Made by a program: the position numbers and the translations under genes. Positions 9,592 to 19,475 of a stretch of 32,000 bases of DNA are shown here, piece by piece. The notes beneath the pieces were generated by a model. That model made no database searches. It saw only the letters and a list, made by a program, of their open reading frames with translations, and was not told the origin of the DNA. Numbering within the stretch: position 1 is the stretch's first letter; every line of letters begins with the position of its first letter. The DNA is from a cyanobacterium endosymbiont of Braarudosphaera bigelowii (GTDB taxonomy: Bacteria; Cyanobacteriota; Cyanobacteriia; Cyanobacteriales; Microcystaceae): assembly GCF_020885515.1 (NCBI RefSeq), contig NZ_AP024987.1:180001-212000 (forward strand), written 5' to 3'.

Positions 9592-9865
9592 AAATATTTT
9601 AATTTGGAATAATTTTAAAAATGTAATTATATTTACAAATACTAGTCTGTGATTACTTTTTTTATTTAAAAATAATTATCAATTTATATGTTTTAAAACT
9701 ATTATATGTATTTTTTTCTAAAAAATAATTTCGTATCTTCTTTTGCCAGAATCATAAATTATGATATTTATTAAATAAGTATTATCTTATGGAAAAAAGT
9801 TCAATAATTATTAACTTAAAGTGATCTATTAATAAATATTTTTTAATAATTGTCGTAGTTTTGAC

Positions 9866-10726
9866 TTATGTAGTATACTTTCGTGGATTAAATTCTTCTT
9901 TAGAACGAATTTGTTTGTATAAAAATAATTCTTCTTCACTAATCTCTGAAGGAATAGCTATATGCATTTCCAACAATTGGTCACCCCGTTGCCCCAATTC
10001 ATCAAAATATCCTTTATTAGCTAGACGAAGCTTCTGTCCAACTTGAATGCTTTTAGGAGTTGTTATTTTAACCATTCCATCAATTGTAGGAACAGTAATT
10101 TCCTCTCCTAATATCGCTTCACTGGGAGTTAATAAAATCTTGCAAATAATATCTGCATTTTTTAGTTTAAAAAATATATGAGGTGTTATTAGTATTTCAA
10201 GATATAAATCTCCTCCACTAAGTCCCTGATTTTTAAGTCTAATTTTTTGACCATTGACCATTTTAGATGGCATATCGACCTCTAAAGATCTACCATCTTC
10301 TAGGCGTATCCTCTCTCTGCCTCCATGATAAGCTTTTTCCAGAGGAATATTTAACTTAGCTTCAACATCCTGTGCATCATAAGAAGAACTAACAAATTTT
10401 GTTCCCTTATTAGTATCAGAATTAAAATTTATATCTTTAAATTTTGAAGATTTGTTCTTTTTCTTATTGCTATGAGAATTAGCTATAAAAGAGTCATATC
10501 TCTTTTTACTAAACTTTAAACGATTATAATCTGCTCTTTTAGTCTCATCTGATAAAACATTATAGGCTTCGTTGATACTTTTAAATCTTTCTTCCGATAC
10601 TTTATCTCCCGGATTGACGTCAGGATGATACTTCCGAGCAAGTTTACGGAAAGATGCTTTAATTTCTTCTGCAGTAGCATTTTTAGCAACTTCTAAAGTC
10701 GCATAATAGTTATGAATTTGTTGCAT
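9866..10726 (-). CDS. dnaJ: DnaJ-family co-chaperone lacking the zinc-finger domain (CbpA/DnaJ3-like)
   Basis: 286 aa. J-domain is YYATLEVAKNATAEEIKASFRKLARKYHPDVNP...AYNVLSD. A DnaJ C-terminal beta-domain is present and there is no CxxCxGxG repeat. It lies 61 bp downstream of dnaK on the same strand. Confidence 0.88.
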   Translation of the reverse strand: MQQIHNYYATLEVAKNATAEEIKASFRKLARKYHPDVNPGDKVSEERFKSINEAYNVLSDETKRADYNRLKFSKKRYDSFIANSHSNKKKNKSSKFKDINFNSDTNKGTKFVSSSYDAQDVEAKLNIPLEKAYHGGRERIRLEDGRSLEVDMPSKMVNGQKIRLKNQGLSGGDLYLEILITPHIFFKLKNADIICKILLTPSEAILGEEITVPTIDGMVKITTPKSIQVGQKLRLANKGYFDELGQRGDQLLEMHIAIPSEISEEELFLYKQIRSKEEFNPRKYTT

Positions 10727-10787
10727 ATATCCAATATTAAAAAGAAATTTAGAATAATTAAAATTGAAATTGAATTATATTTAAAAA

Positions 10788-12935
10788 TTAGAACCAGTCA
10801 TCATCCTCTTCATCCCATTGATTTTCGTTTGGCGTTTGGTGCAAACGATTACGACTCTGGTAAGAGTTATATTGATCTTGAGAATATTTTGTATTTTCTT
10901 GAAAAATAGGACGATTATTTCTATTTTGTTTGAAAGTATCATATTGGTCGTTGTAACGTTCATATCTAGGAGATTCATAATCTTTACGTTTGTGGTAATA
11001 AGTAGAGTTATAATCAGAATCATAAGACGTGTATGAATCGGTATCAGAATCATTTGTAAAGGTTCGTTTAATAGATTCTAAGATACCTTCATCTTCTTCC
11101 TCATATTGTAAGCGTACTTCTCTATTCAATTCACGTAATAAATCTTCTAGATCGTCTTTTGCTTTATCCAAAGATCTTTCATCATCGTTATTTAAACTTT
11201 CAATAATCTCACTATTCAAAACTTCAATTTGACGACGATAGCTGCTAGCAAATTGAGCTCCAAAATCAAGAGTAATATCTTTTATCCTTCTTAAAGCTTG
11301 ATCTGTTAAAGCTTTAGCGTTATTACGTTTTTCTATTCTTTCTCGCCGTTGTCGATCTTTTTCGGCAAATTGAGTAGCTTCTTCAACCATTCGATCAATT
11401 TCTTTTTCACTAATAGTCGAGGTTCCTTGAATAAGGACACTCTGTTCCCTGCCCGTTGCTTTATCTCTTGCAGTAACTTGTAATATTCCATTAGCGTCAA
11501 TATCAAAGGCAACTTGTACCTGAGGAATTCCTCTCGGAGCAGGAGAGATTCCTGTAAGTTTAAAACGTCCTAAAGATTTATTGTCAATAGTCATTTCACG
11601 TTCTCCCTGGACGACATGAATTTCTACTATGGTTTGATTATTTTCTCCCGTTGAGAAAATATCGGAACGACGCACTGGAATAGTTGTATTACGAGGTATA
11701 AGTTTTTTAGTAACACCTCCTATCGTTTCTAGGCCCAAAGAAAGAGGTGTTACATCTAGTAATAGTATTTCCTTAACTTCACCAGCTAAGATACCTGACT
11801 GAATAGCAGCACCAACTGCTACAACTTCATCAGGATTAACATTTTCATTTGGTTCTTTATCAATAAAGCCACGTACCAAAGACTTAATCATTGGCATCCT
11901 AGTTCCTCCTCCCACTAGTACTACTTCGTCAATTTGAACAGGGGTTAATCTTGCATCATTCATAACTCTTTTAAGAGGGCGCTGTAAACGAGTCACCAAA
12001 TCAGAGCAGAGGTCTTCAAATTGAGGACGTGTTAAACGTTTTTCTATATGCTGTGGGCCATTCTCTGTTGCAGTAATGAAAGGAAGATTTATGTCAGTGA
12101 TACTTACTCCAGAAAGTTCGATTTTTGCTTTTTCTGCCGCTTCAGTAAGACGTTGTAAGGCTTGCCTATCTTTTCTTAAATCTATACCTTCATCTCTTAA
12201 AAATTGCTCGGCTAGCCAATCAACAATACGTTTGTCAAAATCGCTCCCTCCTAGCTGAGTATCACCACTAGTAGACTTAACTTCAAATACTCCATCTCCA
12301 ACTTCTAAAACAGAAACATCAAAAGTACCGCCTCCTAGATCAAAAACTAGGATTTTTTGAGATATTGTTTGATCTAATCCATAAGCTAAAGATGCCGCAG
12401 TTGGTTCATTTATTATTCTCAGCACCTCTAATCCTGCAATTTTTCCTGCATCTCTAGTGGCTTGTCTTTGAGAATCATTGAAATATGCAGGAACTGTAAT
12501 TACTGCACTTGTAACAGGTTCTCCTAAATAACGTTCTGCTTCTTCAGCTAATTTTCTTAAAATAAACCCTGATATTTCTTCAGGAGCAAAATCTTTGTTT
12601 AGACGAGGACATGCCAATTTGATATTACCATTTGCATCTCGACGGATAGTATAAGGAACTTGTTTTGACTCATTAGTGAGTTCATTATACTTACGCCCTA
12701 TAAATCGTTTAACACTATGATATGTATTTTGAGGATTAAGAACAGCTTGCCGTCGTGCCATTTGTCCTATAACTAATTCTCCATCCTTGCTAAAGCCTAC
12801 CATAGAAGGGGTAGTACGCATTCCTTCGGAATTGGCGATAACTACTGGCTTGCCGCCTTCCATGACTGCGACTACAGAATTTGTTGTCCCCAGATCAATG
12901 CTAACTACTTTACCCATGTATCTTTTTTTCTCCAA
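10788..12935 (-). CDS. dnaK: Hsp70 chaperone DnaK, DnaK3-type with a long non-canonical C-terminal tail
   Basis: 715 aa with Hsp70 signatures [20 protein letters not shown] and [11 protein letters not shown]. The C-terminus is extended by about 100 aa, is rich in Tyr/Asp/Ser/Asn/Gln and ends ...WDEEDDDWF instead of EEVD. Confidence 0.95.
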   Translation of the reverse strand: MEKKRYMGKVVSIDLGTTNSVVAVMEGGKPVVIANSEGMRTTPSMVGFSKDGELVIGQMARRQAVLNPQNTYHSVKRFIGRKYNELTNESKQVPYTIRRDANGNIKLACPRLNKDFAPEEISGFILRKLAEEAERYLGEPVTSAVITVPAYFNDSQRQATRDAGKIAGLEVLRIINEPTAASLAYGLDQTISQKILVFDLGGGTFDVSVLEVGDGVFEVKSTSGDTQLGGSDFDKRIVDWLAEQFLRDEGIDLRKDRQALQRLTEAAEKAKIELSGVSITDINLPFITATENGPQHIEKRLTRPQFEDLCSDLVTRLQRPLKRVMNDARLTPVQIDEVVLVGGGTRMPMIKSLVRGFIDKEPNENVNPDEVVAVGAAIQSGILAGEVKEILLLDVTPLSLGLETIGGVTKKLIPRNTTIPVRRSDIFSTGENNQTIVEIHVVQGEREMTIDNKSLGRFKLTGISPAPRGIPQVQVAFDIDANGILQVTARDKATGREQSVLIQGTSTISEKEIDRMVEEATQFAEKDRQRRERIEKRNNAKALTDQALRRIKDITLDFGAQFASSYRRQIEVLNSEIIESLNNDDERSLDKAKDDLEDLLRELNREVRLQYEEEDEGILESIKRTFTNDSDTDSYTSYDSDYNSTYYHKRKDYESPRYERYNDQYDTFKQNRNNRPIFQENTKYSQDQYNSYQSRNRLHQTPNENQWDEEDDDWF

Positions 12936-13128
12936 CTACTCCGTTTTAAATATGAGTGTTATTTATGCGAAAACTTAATTTTAATATATATTTTGTTAAC
13001 GATAATGATATTGTATCTAATTATGTAAAGTTATTATAATCAAATATGTTAAAGATAAATACTATAATAGTAAATTGAATAATTAACTCATAAATATTTT
13101 TCCTAACTTAGAACTTATAATTTTAAGT

Positions 13129-13172
13129 AATAAATAATTAAGTATATGTATGCATATACTTAATTATTTATT
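13129..13172. repeat. Perfect inverted repeat, 20-bp arms with a 4-nt spacer (AATAAATAATTAAGTATATG-TATG-CATATACTTAATTATTTATT)
   Basis: All 20 pairs verified base by base. It lies about 195 nt upstream of the dnaK start and about 290 nt downstream of the nfu stop. It has no flanking T-tract on either strand. Confidence 0.7.
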
Positions 13173-13360
13173 CCTAATTCAAATATGTATTTATATTGAT
13201 ATTTAAATTATTAAGAACAAAAAATATTTATATTTCACTAATTTTTTAGGTTATTTTCCCAGCTTTAATCAAGATGAAATTTTACTTATAACAATAAATA
13301 TATAAAATCAAATCTTTTCTCACAAAATATGATATTCAAGCATCATTAAGATTAAAATTT

Positions 13361-13402
13361 AAAAACGTAGTAATAGAAAGTACTACAAATCTATTACTAC
13401 GT
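13361..13402 (-). terminator. Rho-independent terminator candidate for nfu (13-bp perfect stem ACGTAGTAATAGA/TCTATTACTACGT, 12-nt loop, T-run)
   Basis: The stem (13365-13377 against 13390-13402) was verified. On the minus strand it is followed by TTTT AAATTTTAAT. It sits about 60 nt past the nfu stop. Confidence 0.6.
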
Positions 13403-13460
13403 CCATTAGTAAAAGAAAAAATACTTAATGATACATAGCTTTTTTCTAAATCTTTAAATT

Positions 13461-13703
13461 TTAAAATGCTTGTTCGACTTCTGAGACTTCGGGAATCATT
13501 TCTTTTAAACGTCTTTCAATTCCCATCTTAAGTGTCATGGTAGAACTAGGGCAAGACCCACATGCTCCTTGCAAACGTAACTTTACAATTGCCCCATCTA
13601 TTTCAACAAGCTCTACATTACCTCCATCTGCTATTAAATATGGACGTAACTCGTCTAAAACTTGTTCGACATTAGTTGGTGTTAAAGCCATTACTTCCGA
13701 CAT
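13461..13703 (-). CDS. nfuA: NifU C-terminal-domain Fe-S scaffold/carrier protein (Nfu)
   Basis: 80 aa. [37 protein letters not shown] contains the CxxC motif typical of NFU proteins. Confidence 0.88.
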   Translation of the reverse strand: MSEVMALTPTNVEQVLDELRPYLIADGGNVELVEIDGAIVKLRLQGACGSCPSSTMTLKMGIERRLKEMIPEVSEVEQAF

Positions 13704-14093
13704 ATTTACCTCGATTATGTTGAATTAAAATTAGGGAAATTAAGAAATTTATTTTCTTTTACCCAATGAATCAAAACTATAGAAAACTTCTACTTACTAA
13801 CAATGCTAGTTTAACTCATGATTATAAAAACTGTATTTTAAGTTAAGATTCTATCCTGAATATTAATACAAACATATTAAACATGCCCAGAATGAGAATA
13901 TTTACTAAGGAATTTAATAAATACAAAAAATAGATCTCACAATATATTTAATAAAATCTAGCTATACTTGTTAAGTAATTAAATATTATAACCAAAATTT
14001 TTTTAGATTCTTCACTAGTATTATAAATTTATTTATTTTGAATAAAAAATTTGATAACTATAGTTTAAATGATATTTGCTTTAGTTCTATTGA

Positions 14094-14131
14094 GTAGTTG
14101 ATACAAATATTAATTAACATATGTCAACTAC
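14094..14131 (-). terminator. Hairpin directly downstream of lysS (8-bp stem GTAGTTGA/TCAACTAC, 22-nt loop)
   Basis: The inverted repeat is seen 13 nt past the lysS stop. The stem is short and the loop long, so the call is weak. Confidence 0.3.
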
Positions 14132-14143
14132 CTAAATTATTAT

Positions 14144-15694
14144 CTAACTTTCTAAGGCTTGATTTTTTAGTAATGGAAAAGCAATTACATCCCTTATACT
14201 TGGAGAGTTTGTCAATAACATTACAAGGCGATCAATGCCAATTCCTAATCCTCCGGTAGGGGGCATTCCATACTCTAAAGCTGTTAAAAAATCTTCATCT
14301 ACATTATGAGCTTCTAAATCTCCTGATGCTTTCTTTAAAGCTTGCTTTTCTAGTCTCTGTCGTTGATCAATGGGATCAGTTAATTCAGAAAAACTGTTTG
14401 CTAATTCTCGCCCCATAATATAAAGTTCAAACCGTTCAACTACATTTTCTTGAGTACGATGAGGCTTTGCTAATGGAGAAATTTCAACAGGGAAATCTAA
14501 AATAAATGTAGGTTGAATTAGTGTCTCTTCTACAGTTTGTTCAAAAACTTCGCTGAGTAGATTTCCTAAGGTCTGACACGTTTTTGGAATTTGTACTCCT
14601 ATTTTACTAACTGCTATTTTAGCCTCTTCAAAGTCTTTGAAACTATTGAAATCTAAATTATTTTTCTCTTTAACTATTTCATGCATAGTAATTCTACGCC
14701 AAGGCAATGAAAAATTAATTTCTTGTTCTTGACATTTAACGATCATATCTTTACCGATATCATGAATAATAGTGGTAATGAGTTTTTCTGTTAATTCCAT
14801 CATGTCGTAATAATCTGAATATGCTTCATAAACTTCAATAGAAGTAAATTCTGGATTATGTTTAGTTGAGATTCCTTCGTTACGAAAGATTCTACCTATC
14901 TCAAATACTTTTTCAAATCCACCTACTATTAATCTTTTCAGATGTAATTCTGTCGCAATTCTCAAATACAGATCCATATCTAATGTGTTGTGATATGTTA
15001 TAAAAGGCCTAGCATCTGCTCCACCAGCTTCAGATTGTAAAACAGGCGTTTCTATTTCGATAAAGCCTTTTTCTTCTAAAAATCTGCGAATAGAAGATAT
15101 TATCCTTGAACGACAACGAAAAGTTTCTCTTGTACTAGGGCTAACTATTAGATCAATATATCTTTGACGGTAACGTTTTTCTTTATCAGTTAAACCATGC
15201 CATTTATCAGGAAGTGGCAGCAAAGACTTGGTTAAAATTTCATATGTTTTTACTTTAATAGAAAGTTCACCTTTTTCTGTCTTTTTTATGGTTCCTTTAA
15301 CACCAATAATATCGCCAGTATCTATCAATTTTTTAAGATGATTAAAAGGATTCTCTATATTGTTCATATTGTCTTGAATAATTTTTTTATCAAGATATAG
15401 TTGAATAGTCCCTGTCTCATCTTGCAACGTAAAAAAAGCAAGCTTTCCAAAAATTCTACGAGCCATAATTCTTCCAGCAAGAGAGACTTCTATTTCAATT
15501 TCTTTCCCTTCTTCCAAATCAGAATAAGCTTTTTGTAGGTAGGCAGCATTATGAGTAGATTTCCACTGATAAGCATAAGGGATTAAACCTAATTTCTTGA
15601 GCTCCTCTACTTTCGCAAGGCGTGTAGCACGAATTTCTTGTAAACTAGAAGTAGACTGAGCTTCTTGCTGCGATAAATTAAAAGACATTTGCAA
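14144..15694 (-). CDS. lysS: Lysyl-tRNA synthetase, class II
   Basis: 516 aa with an N-terminal OB anticodon-binding domain. Class II motifs include FRNEGIS and [14 protein letters not shown]. Confidence 0.95.
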   Translation of the reverse strand: MQMSFNLSQQEAQSTSSLQEIRATRLAKVEELKKLGLIPYAYQWKSTHNAAYLQKAYSDLEEGKEIEIEVSLAGRIMARRIFGKLAFFTLQDETGTIQLYLDKKIIQDNMNNIENPFNHLKKLIDTGDIIGVKGTIKKTEKGELSIKVKTYEILTKSLLPLPDKWHGLTDKEKRYRQRYIDLIVSPSTRETFRCRSRIISSIRRFLEEKGFIEIETPVLQSEAGGADARPFITYHNTLDMDLYLRIATELHLKRLIVGGFEKVFEIGRIFRNEGISTKHNPEFTSIEVYEAYSDYYDMMELTEKLITTIIHDIGKDMIVKCQEQEINFSLPWRRITMHEIVKEKNNLDFNSFKDFEEAKIAVSKIGVQIPKTCQTLGNLLSEVFEQTVEETLIQPTFILDFPVEISPLAKPHRTQENVVERFELYIMGRELANSFSELTDPIDQRQRLEKQALKKASGDLEAHNVDEDFLTALEYGMPPTGGLGIGIDRLVMLLTNSPSIRDVIAFPLLKNQALES

Positions 15695-16136
15695 TATAGA
15701 TTATATGGTATTTGAAAATTAAATAAGGTCTGAGCTTATTAATCGAGATATTATTATAGCGTTACAAATATTTCATTAATTACACATTACGATATTTTTA
15801 TATCTATTCTTCATAATATATTCCAAACTTAGCAAGTATTATGTTTCTTTTTCAATAGAATATGGAATCCTATAGTAATGAAAATATAATAGCAAAGTGT
15901 TCAGATGAGCAAAAATACTCATGTTATATTTGTTTAAGTATTCTTAGCAATTTTAATATTTCAACTTTAAGAATATTAAAAAAGTTTATATATTCTATTA
16001 AAACTTAATTTAATTTACAGTACACAATAGATTCTCACTTTATGATGCTAAGTAAATTAAGTTTTAATTACTAAATAATAGCATCTTCTATATTTATGTT
16101 AAGGTATGAGCGATTCAGTCCTATCAAAAATTTTTA

Positions 16137-17507
16137 TTGCTAATGACAATTGCAAGGACGATTTGCCTAGGTTTTCTCGCAGTAATCTTAGTCGGTACAT
16201 TATTGTTAATGCTACCCTTTGCTACTAGCGATGGAAGTTGGAGTAATCCTTTAGTCGCTTTATTTACATCTACCTCCGCCGTATGTGTAACAGGATTAGT
16301 TGTTGTTGATACAGGAAGTTATTTCTCTTTTTGGGGTCAGCTGGTTATTCTACTATTAATTCAAGTAGGAGGGCTGGGATATATGACAACAACAACTTTT
16401 CTAATACTTATATTAGGTAGAAAATTTGATCTTAGACAAAAATTAGCAATTAAAGAACCATTTGATAGTTCGCACTTATACGGTAGTAGCCAAAATATAA
16501 TTATTTCAATTATTGCGACGACTATGATTTTCGAGATTCTCGGCATTTTATTAATGCTCAATGTGTTTTCGGACAAATATGGTACTTTTCAAGGTTTATG
16601 GATAGCGACCTTCCATAGCATTAGTGCTTGGAATAATGCAGGATTTAGCCTGTTCCCAGATAGTTTGATTAGTGTTGGTGATTCTTTTATAATCAATTTT
16701 GTAATTTCTGTATTGATTATATTTGGAGGTATTGGTTACCAAGTTATTATTGAAATGTATATAGCCATTAGGCATAAGCTAAAAAATAAACAAGAAAGGT
16801 TAGGATTCTCTCTCAATTTTAAAGTTGCAATTAGTACAACTGTTACTTTACTGATCGCTGGTACCATTATATTTCTCATCACTGAATATAATAACCAAGC
16901 CACTTTAGGACTACTGAATTTTCATAACAAATTATTAACAGCTTGGTTTCAGTCTGTTACAACAAGAACAGCTGGATTTAACAGTATCGATATTAGAAAT
17001 ATGACTTTTGCTGGTTTATTCTTAACTATGGGGCTTATGTTTGTAGGAGCAAGCTCTAACGGAACAGGAGGAGGTATTAAAACTACAACACTTTGTATCT
17101 TAACCAATTGTACACGCTCTGTTTTAAAGGGAAATCATGAAGTAGTAATGTTTCGTAGAGAAGTTCCTGTTTCTTTAACTTTAAAAGCAGTTGCTGTTGT
17201 ATTTGGTTCAACAAATATGGTTGTTTTAATGACATTGTTAATTTCGTTATCTGAAGCCAGCTTAAATCCTACTTTTTTTGATTCTGGAATCAGTTCATTA
17301 CAAGTTTTGTTTGAGGTAATCTCTGCATTTGCAACTGTAGGCCTGTCTACAGGAATTACAGCTGATTTATCTTTTTTATCACAACTTTTACTAATTCTAA
17401 CAATGTATGTTGGGAGAGTAGGGATACTAGTTTTTATAGCAGCTATTTCCAAAGAATCTCGACCACGGTTAATACAATATCCTGAAGAAACTTTATTGGT
17501 TGGATAA
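16137..17507 (+). CDS. ktrB: TrkH/KtrB-family K+ uptake membrane subunit
   Basis: 456 aa and polytopic, with repeated pore-loop segments (TAVCVTGL, TRTAGFNS, GGGIKTTT, VGLSTG). The ORF opens with TTG and an ATG lies 2 codons in. Confidence 0.88.
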   Translation: MLMTIARTICLGFLAVILVGTLLLMLPFATSDGSWSNPLVALFTSTSAVCVTGLVVVDTGSYFSFWGQLVILLLIQVGGLGYMTTTTFLILILGRKFDLRQKLAIKEPFDSSHLYGSSQNIIISIIATTMIFEILGILLMLNVFSDKYGTFQGLWIATFHSISAWNNAGFSLFPDSLISVGDSFIINFVISVLIIFGGIGYQVIIEMYIAIRHKLKNKQERLGFSLNFKVAISTTVTLLIAGTIIFLITEYNNQATLGLLNFHNKLLTAWFQSVTTRTAGFNSIDIRNMTFAGLFLTMGLMFVGASSNGTGGGIKTTTLCILTNCTRSVLKGNHEVVMFRREVPVSLTLKAVAVVFGSTNMVVLMTLLISLSEASLNPTFFDSGISSLQVLFEVISAFATVGLSTGITADLSFLSQLLLILTMYVGRVGILVFIAAISKESRPRLIQYPEETLLVG

Positions 17508-17564
17508 CTTGCAAATTTGATATTATTATAGTTAGCAATTTCTAAACAAGGGTGAGGTATTAAT

Positions 17565-18257
17565 TTGAAGTCCTTAAATTTTTTAAGTATTCTTCGTAGA
17601 GAAACCCGTCAATTTGCAGTGATTGGACTAGGGCGTTTTGGACGTTCGGTATGCAGAAACCTTCATAAACTAGGCTATGAAGTATTGGGAACAGACATAA
17701 AGGAATCTCTAGTGTCTCAAGTTTTAGCTGAAAACATTGCTTCAAGTGCTATTAAATTAGATTCAACTAAGCCTAATGCTTTAAAAGAAGCAGGTATTTT
17801 TGAATTTGATACTGTTATCATAGCCATTGGAAATTATCTAGAAGAAAGTATTGTTACTGCTTTAAATGTTAAAGAAGGAGGTGTAAAATATGTAATTGCC
17901 AAAGCTTCTTCTGATGTTCATGGAAAACTTTTACAAAAAGTTGGAGCTGATTTAGTTGTATACCCTGAATATCAAGCTGGGTGTGATTTAGTTCATTTAC
18001 TTACACAAAATCCTAGAATTATAGAAAGATTTGAATTGGATCCTGACCATAGTATTGTAGAGACTCGCATTCCTCAAGAATTTCATGGAATAGCCATTGA
18101 GGAATTAAAGCTTAGAAGTCGATATGATATAAGTGTATTAGCAGTCGGTAATGATGATAAATTCAAAATTAATCCTTCACCTCAAGAGAAATTAAATAAG
18201 AATTTATCAATGGTTGTTATTGGTTCTAACAAGGCAATTCAGAAACTACCTTTATAA
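17565..18257 (+). CDS. ktrA: KtrA/TrkA-type RCK-domain K+ uptake regulatory subunit
   Basis: 230 aa with the Rossmann motif VIGLGRFGRSV and a TrkA-C-like C-terminal half. The TTG start is preceded by GGTGAGG 8 nt upstream. It lies 57 bp after ktrB. Confidence 0.85.
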   Translation: MKSLNFLSILRRETRQFAVIGLGRFGRSVCRNLHKLGYEVLGTDIKESLVSQVLAENIASSAIKLDSTKPNALKEAGIFEFDTVIIAIGNYLEESIVTALNVKEGGVKYVIAKASSDVHGKLLQKVGADLVVYPEYQAGCDLVHLLTQNPRIIERFELDPDHSIVETRIPQEFHGIAIEELKLRSRYDISVLAVGNDDKFKINPSPQEKLNKNLSMVVIGSNKAIQKLPL

Positions 18258-18812
18258 TTAGATATCAGTAAAAATATTATTATTTTTAACTGATGTAGAA
18301 TTTAAAAGGAATAGAGATGCACGGGCCATTACTTCTTCAGATAAATTAATTTTAGTTAAATTTATTAAACCTTCTTCAATAAACATATTTCTAATCGAAG
18401 TTTTACCACCTTTGTTAAATTCTGTCTCATAGAAAACTTCTTTGATGCCAGCAGAAATTATTAGCTTCAAGCAAGACATACAAGGTTCTAAAGTTACATA
18501 AATAATAGATTCATTGGTAGAAATACTATGCTTTGCTGCTTGTGCAATTGCATTTGCTTCTGCATGTACAGCTCTTGAAGGTAATTTACTAGAAGAAATA
18601 CAGCTATTAAGTCCTGGATAGCAAAAACCATGAGTTATACAGTGAGTAGATTTGGCAGGAGGACCATTGTAGCCAGTTGATAAGACTTGCTTGTTTTTTA
18701 CAATCACAGCACCTACTGGAAAAGCCAAACAAGTAGATCTTGTGGCAGCTAATTTAGCCATCATCATAAAATATTCGTTCCAAGTAGGTCTTTTCCCTTT
18801 TAGATACGTCAT
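18258..18812 (-). CDS. dCMP deaminase (ComEB-type, zinc-dependent)
   Basis: 184 aa. RPTWNEYFMMMAKLAATRSTC, HAEANAI and PCMSC are the cytidine/deoxycytidylate deaminase zinc motifs. Confidence 0.87.
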   Translation of the reverse strand: MTYLKGKRPTWNEYFMMMAKLAATRSTCLAFPVGAVIVKNKQVLSTGYNGPPAKSTHCITHGFCYPGLNSCISSSKLPSRAVHAEANAIAQAAKHSISTNESIIYVTLEPCMSCLKLIISAGIKEVFYETEFNKGGKTSIRNMFIEEGLINLTKINLSEEVMARASLFLLNSTSVKNNNIFTDI

Positions 18813-18845
18813 AAAAAATAGTTATATAAAATTATTTAGAAAATA

Positions 18846-19277
18846 TTAAATCCCTGTCGAGCCAAATCCGTTAATACCTCTTATTGAAGAATTTAAGGAA
18901 TTTGTTTCTTCAATTTCAACACGTATGATAGGAACAATAACCATTTGTGCGATTCTCATACCTGGTAAAACTTTGAATGATAATAAGCTATGGTTAATTA
19001 AGATTACTCCAATTTCTCCACGATATCCTTCATCAATAGTTCCAGGAGTGTTTAAAACAGTGATTTGATGTTTTAAAGCTAAGCCACTTCTTGGACGAAT
19101 TTGTGCTTCTGTATTAGGAGGTAGTTCAACGGAAATACCAGTTTTGATTAATTTACTTTTACCGGGTTTGATTTCTATTTCTTCTGTAGATATTAAATCC
19201 ATCCCTGAATCTCTACAATGTTCATATTTAGGAATAATTGCAGAATCTTTTAATTTTACTATTTTTAACTTATTCAT
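18846..19277 (-). CDS. dut: dUTP diphosphatase
   Basis: 143 aa with all five dUTPase motifs in order: [38 protein letters not shown] and [10 protein letters not shown]. Confidence 0.93.
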   Translation of the reverse strand: MNKLKIVKLKDSAIIPKYEHCRDSGMDLISTEEIEIKPGKSKLIKTGISVELPPNTEAQIRPRSGLALKHQITVLNTPGTIDEGYRGEIGVILINHSLLSFKVLPGMRIAQMVIVPIIRVEIEETNSLNSSIRGINGFGSTGI

Positions 19278-19475
19278 ACGGGTATTTATTTATATAAAGA
19301 AAGCAAGCTAATTTAAAATTTTACCGAAAATAATTCTTAAAAGTCAGTATTTACTAAAATTTTATGTTGAAGAAAGAACTATATCTTATCCATAAAAGTT
19401 CAATTATCTTAATAAAATTATATTCTGACATCAACAAGATAAATACTTAAATAATAATTTAAACGATTCATCAGG

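Noticed and set aside
12936-13128. CIRCE (TTAGCACTC-N9-GAGTGCTAA) heat-shock operator upstream of dnaK.
   Set aside because: There is no match to either half-site in the dnaK upstream region. The only strong structure there is the unrelated 20-bp palindrome, which is reported separately.
15695-16136. Possible c-di-AMP (ydaO-type) riboswitch upstream of ktrB, as seen before K+ transporter genes in some bacteria.
   Set aside because: The spacer is almost pure AT and lacks the G/C-rich conserved helices and ACGGGGA-like elements of that motif.
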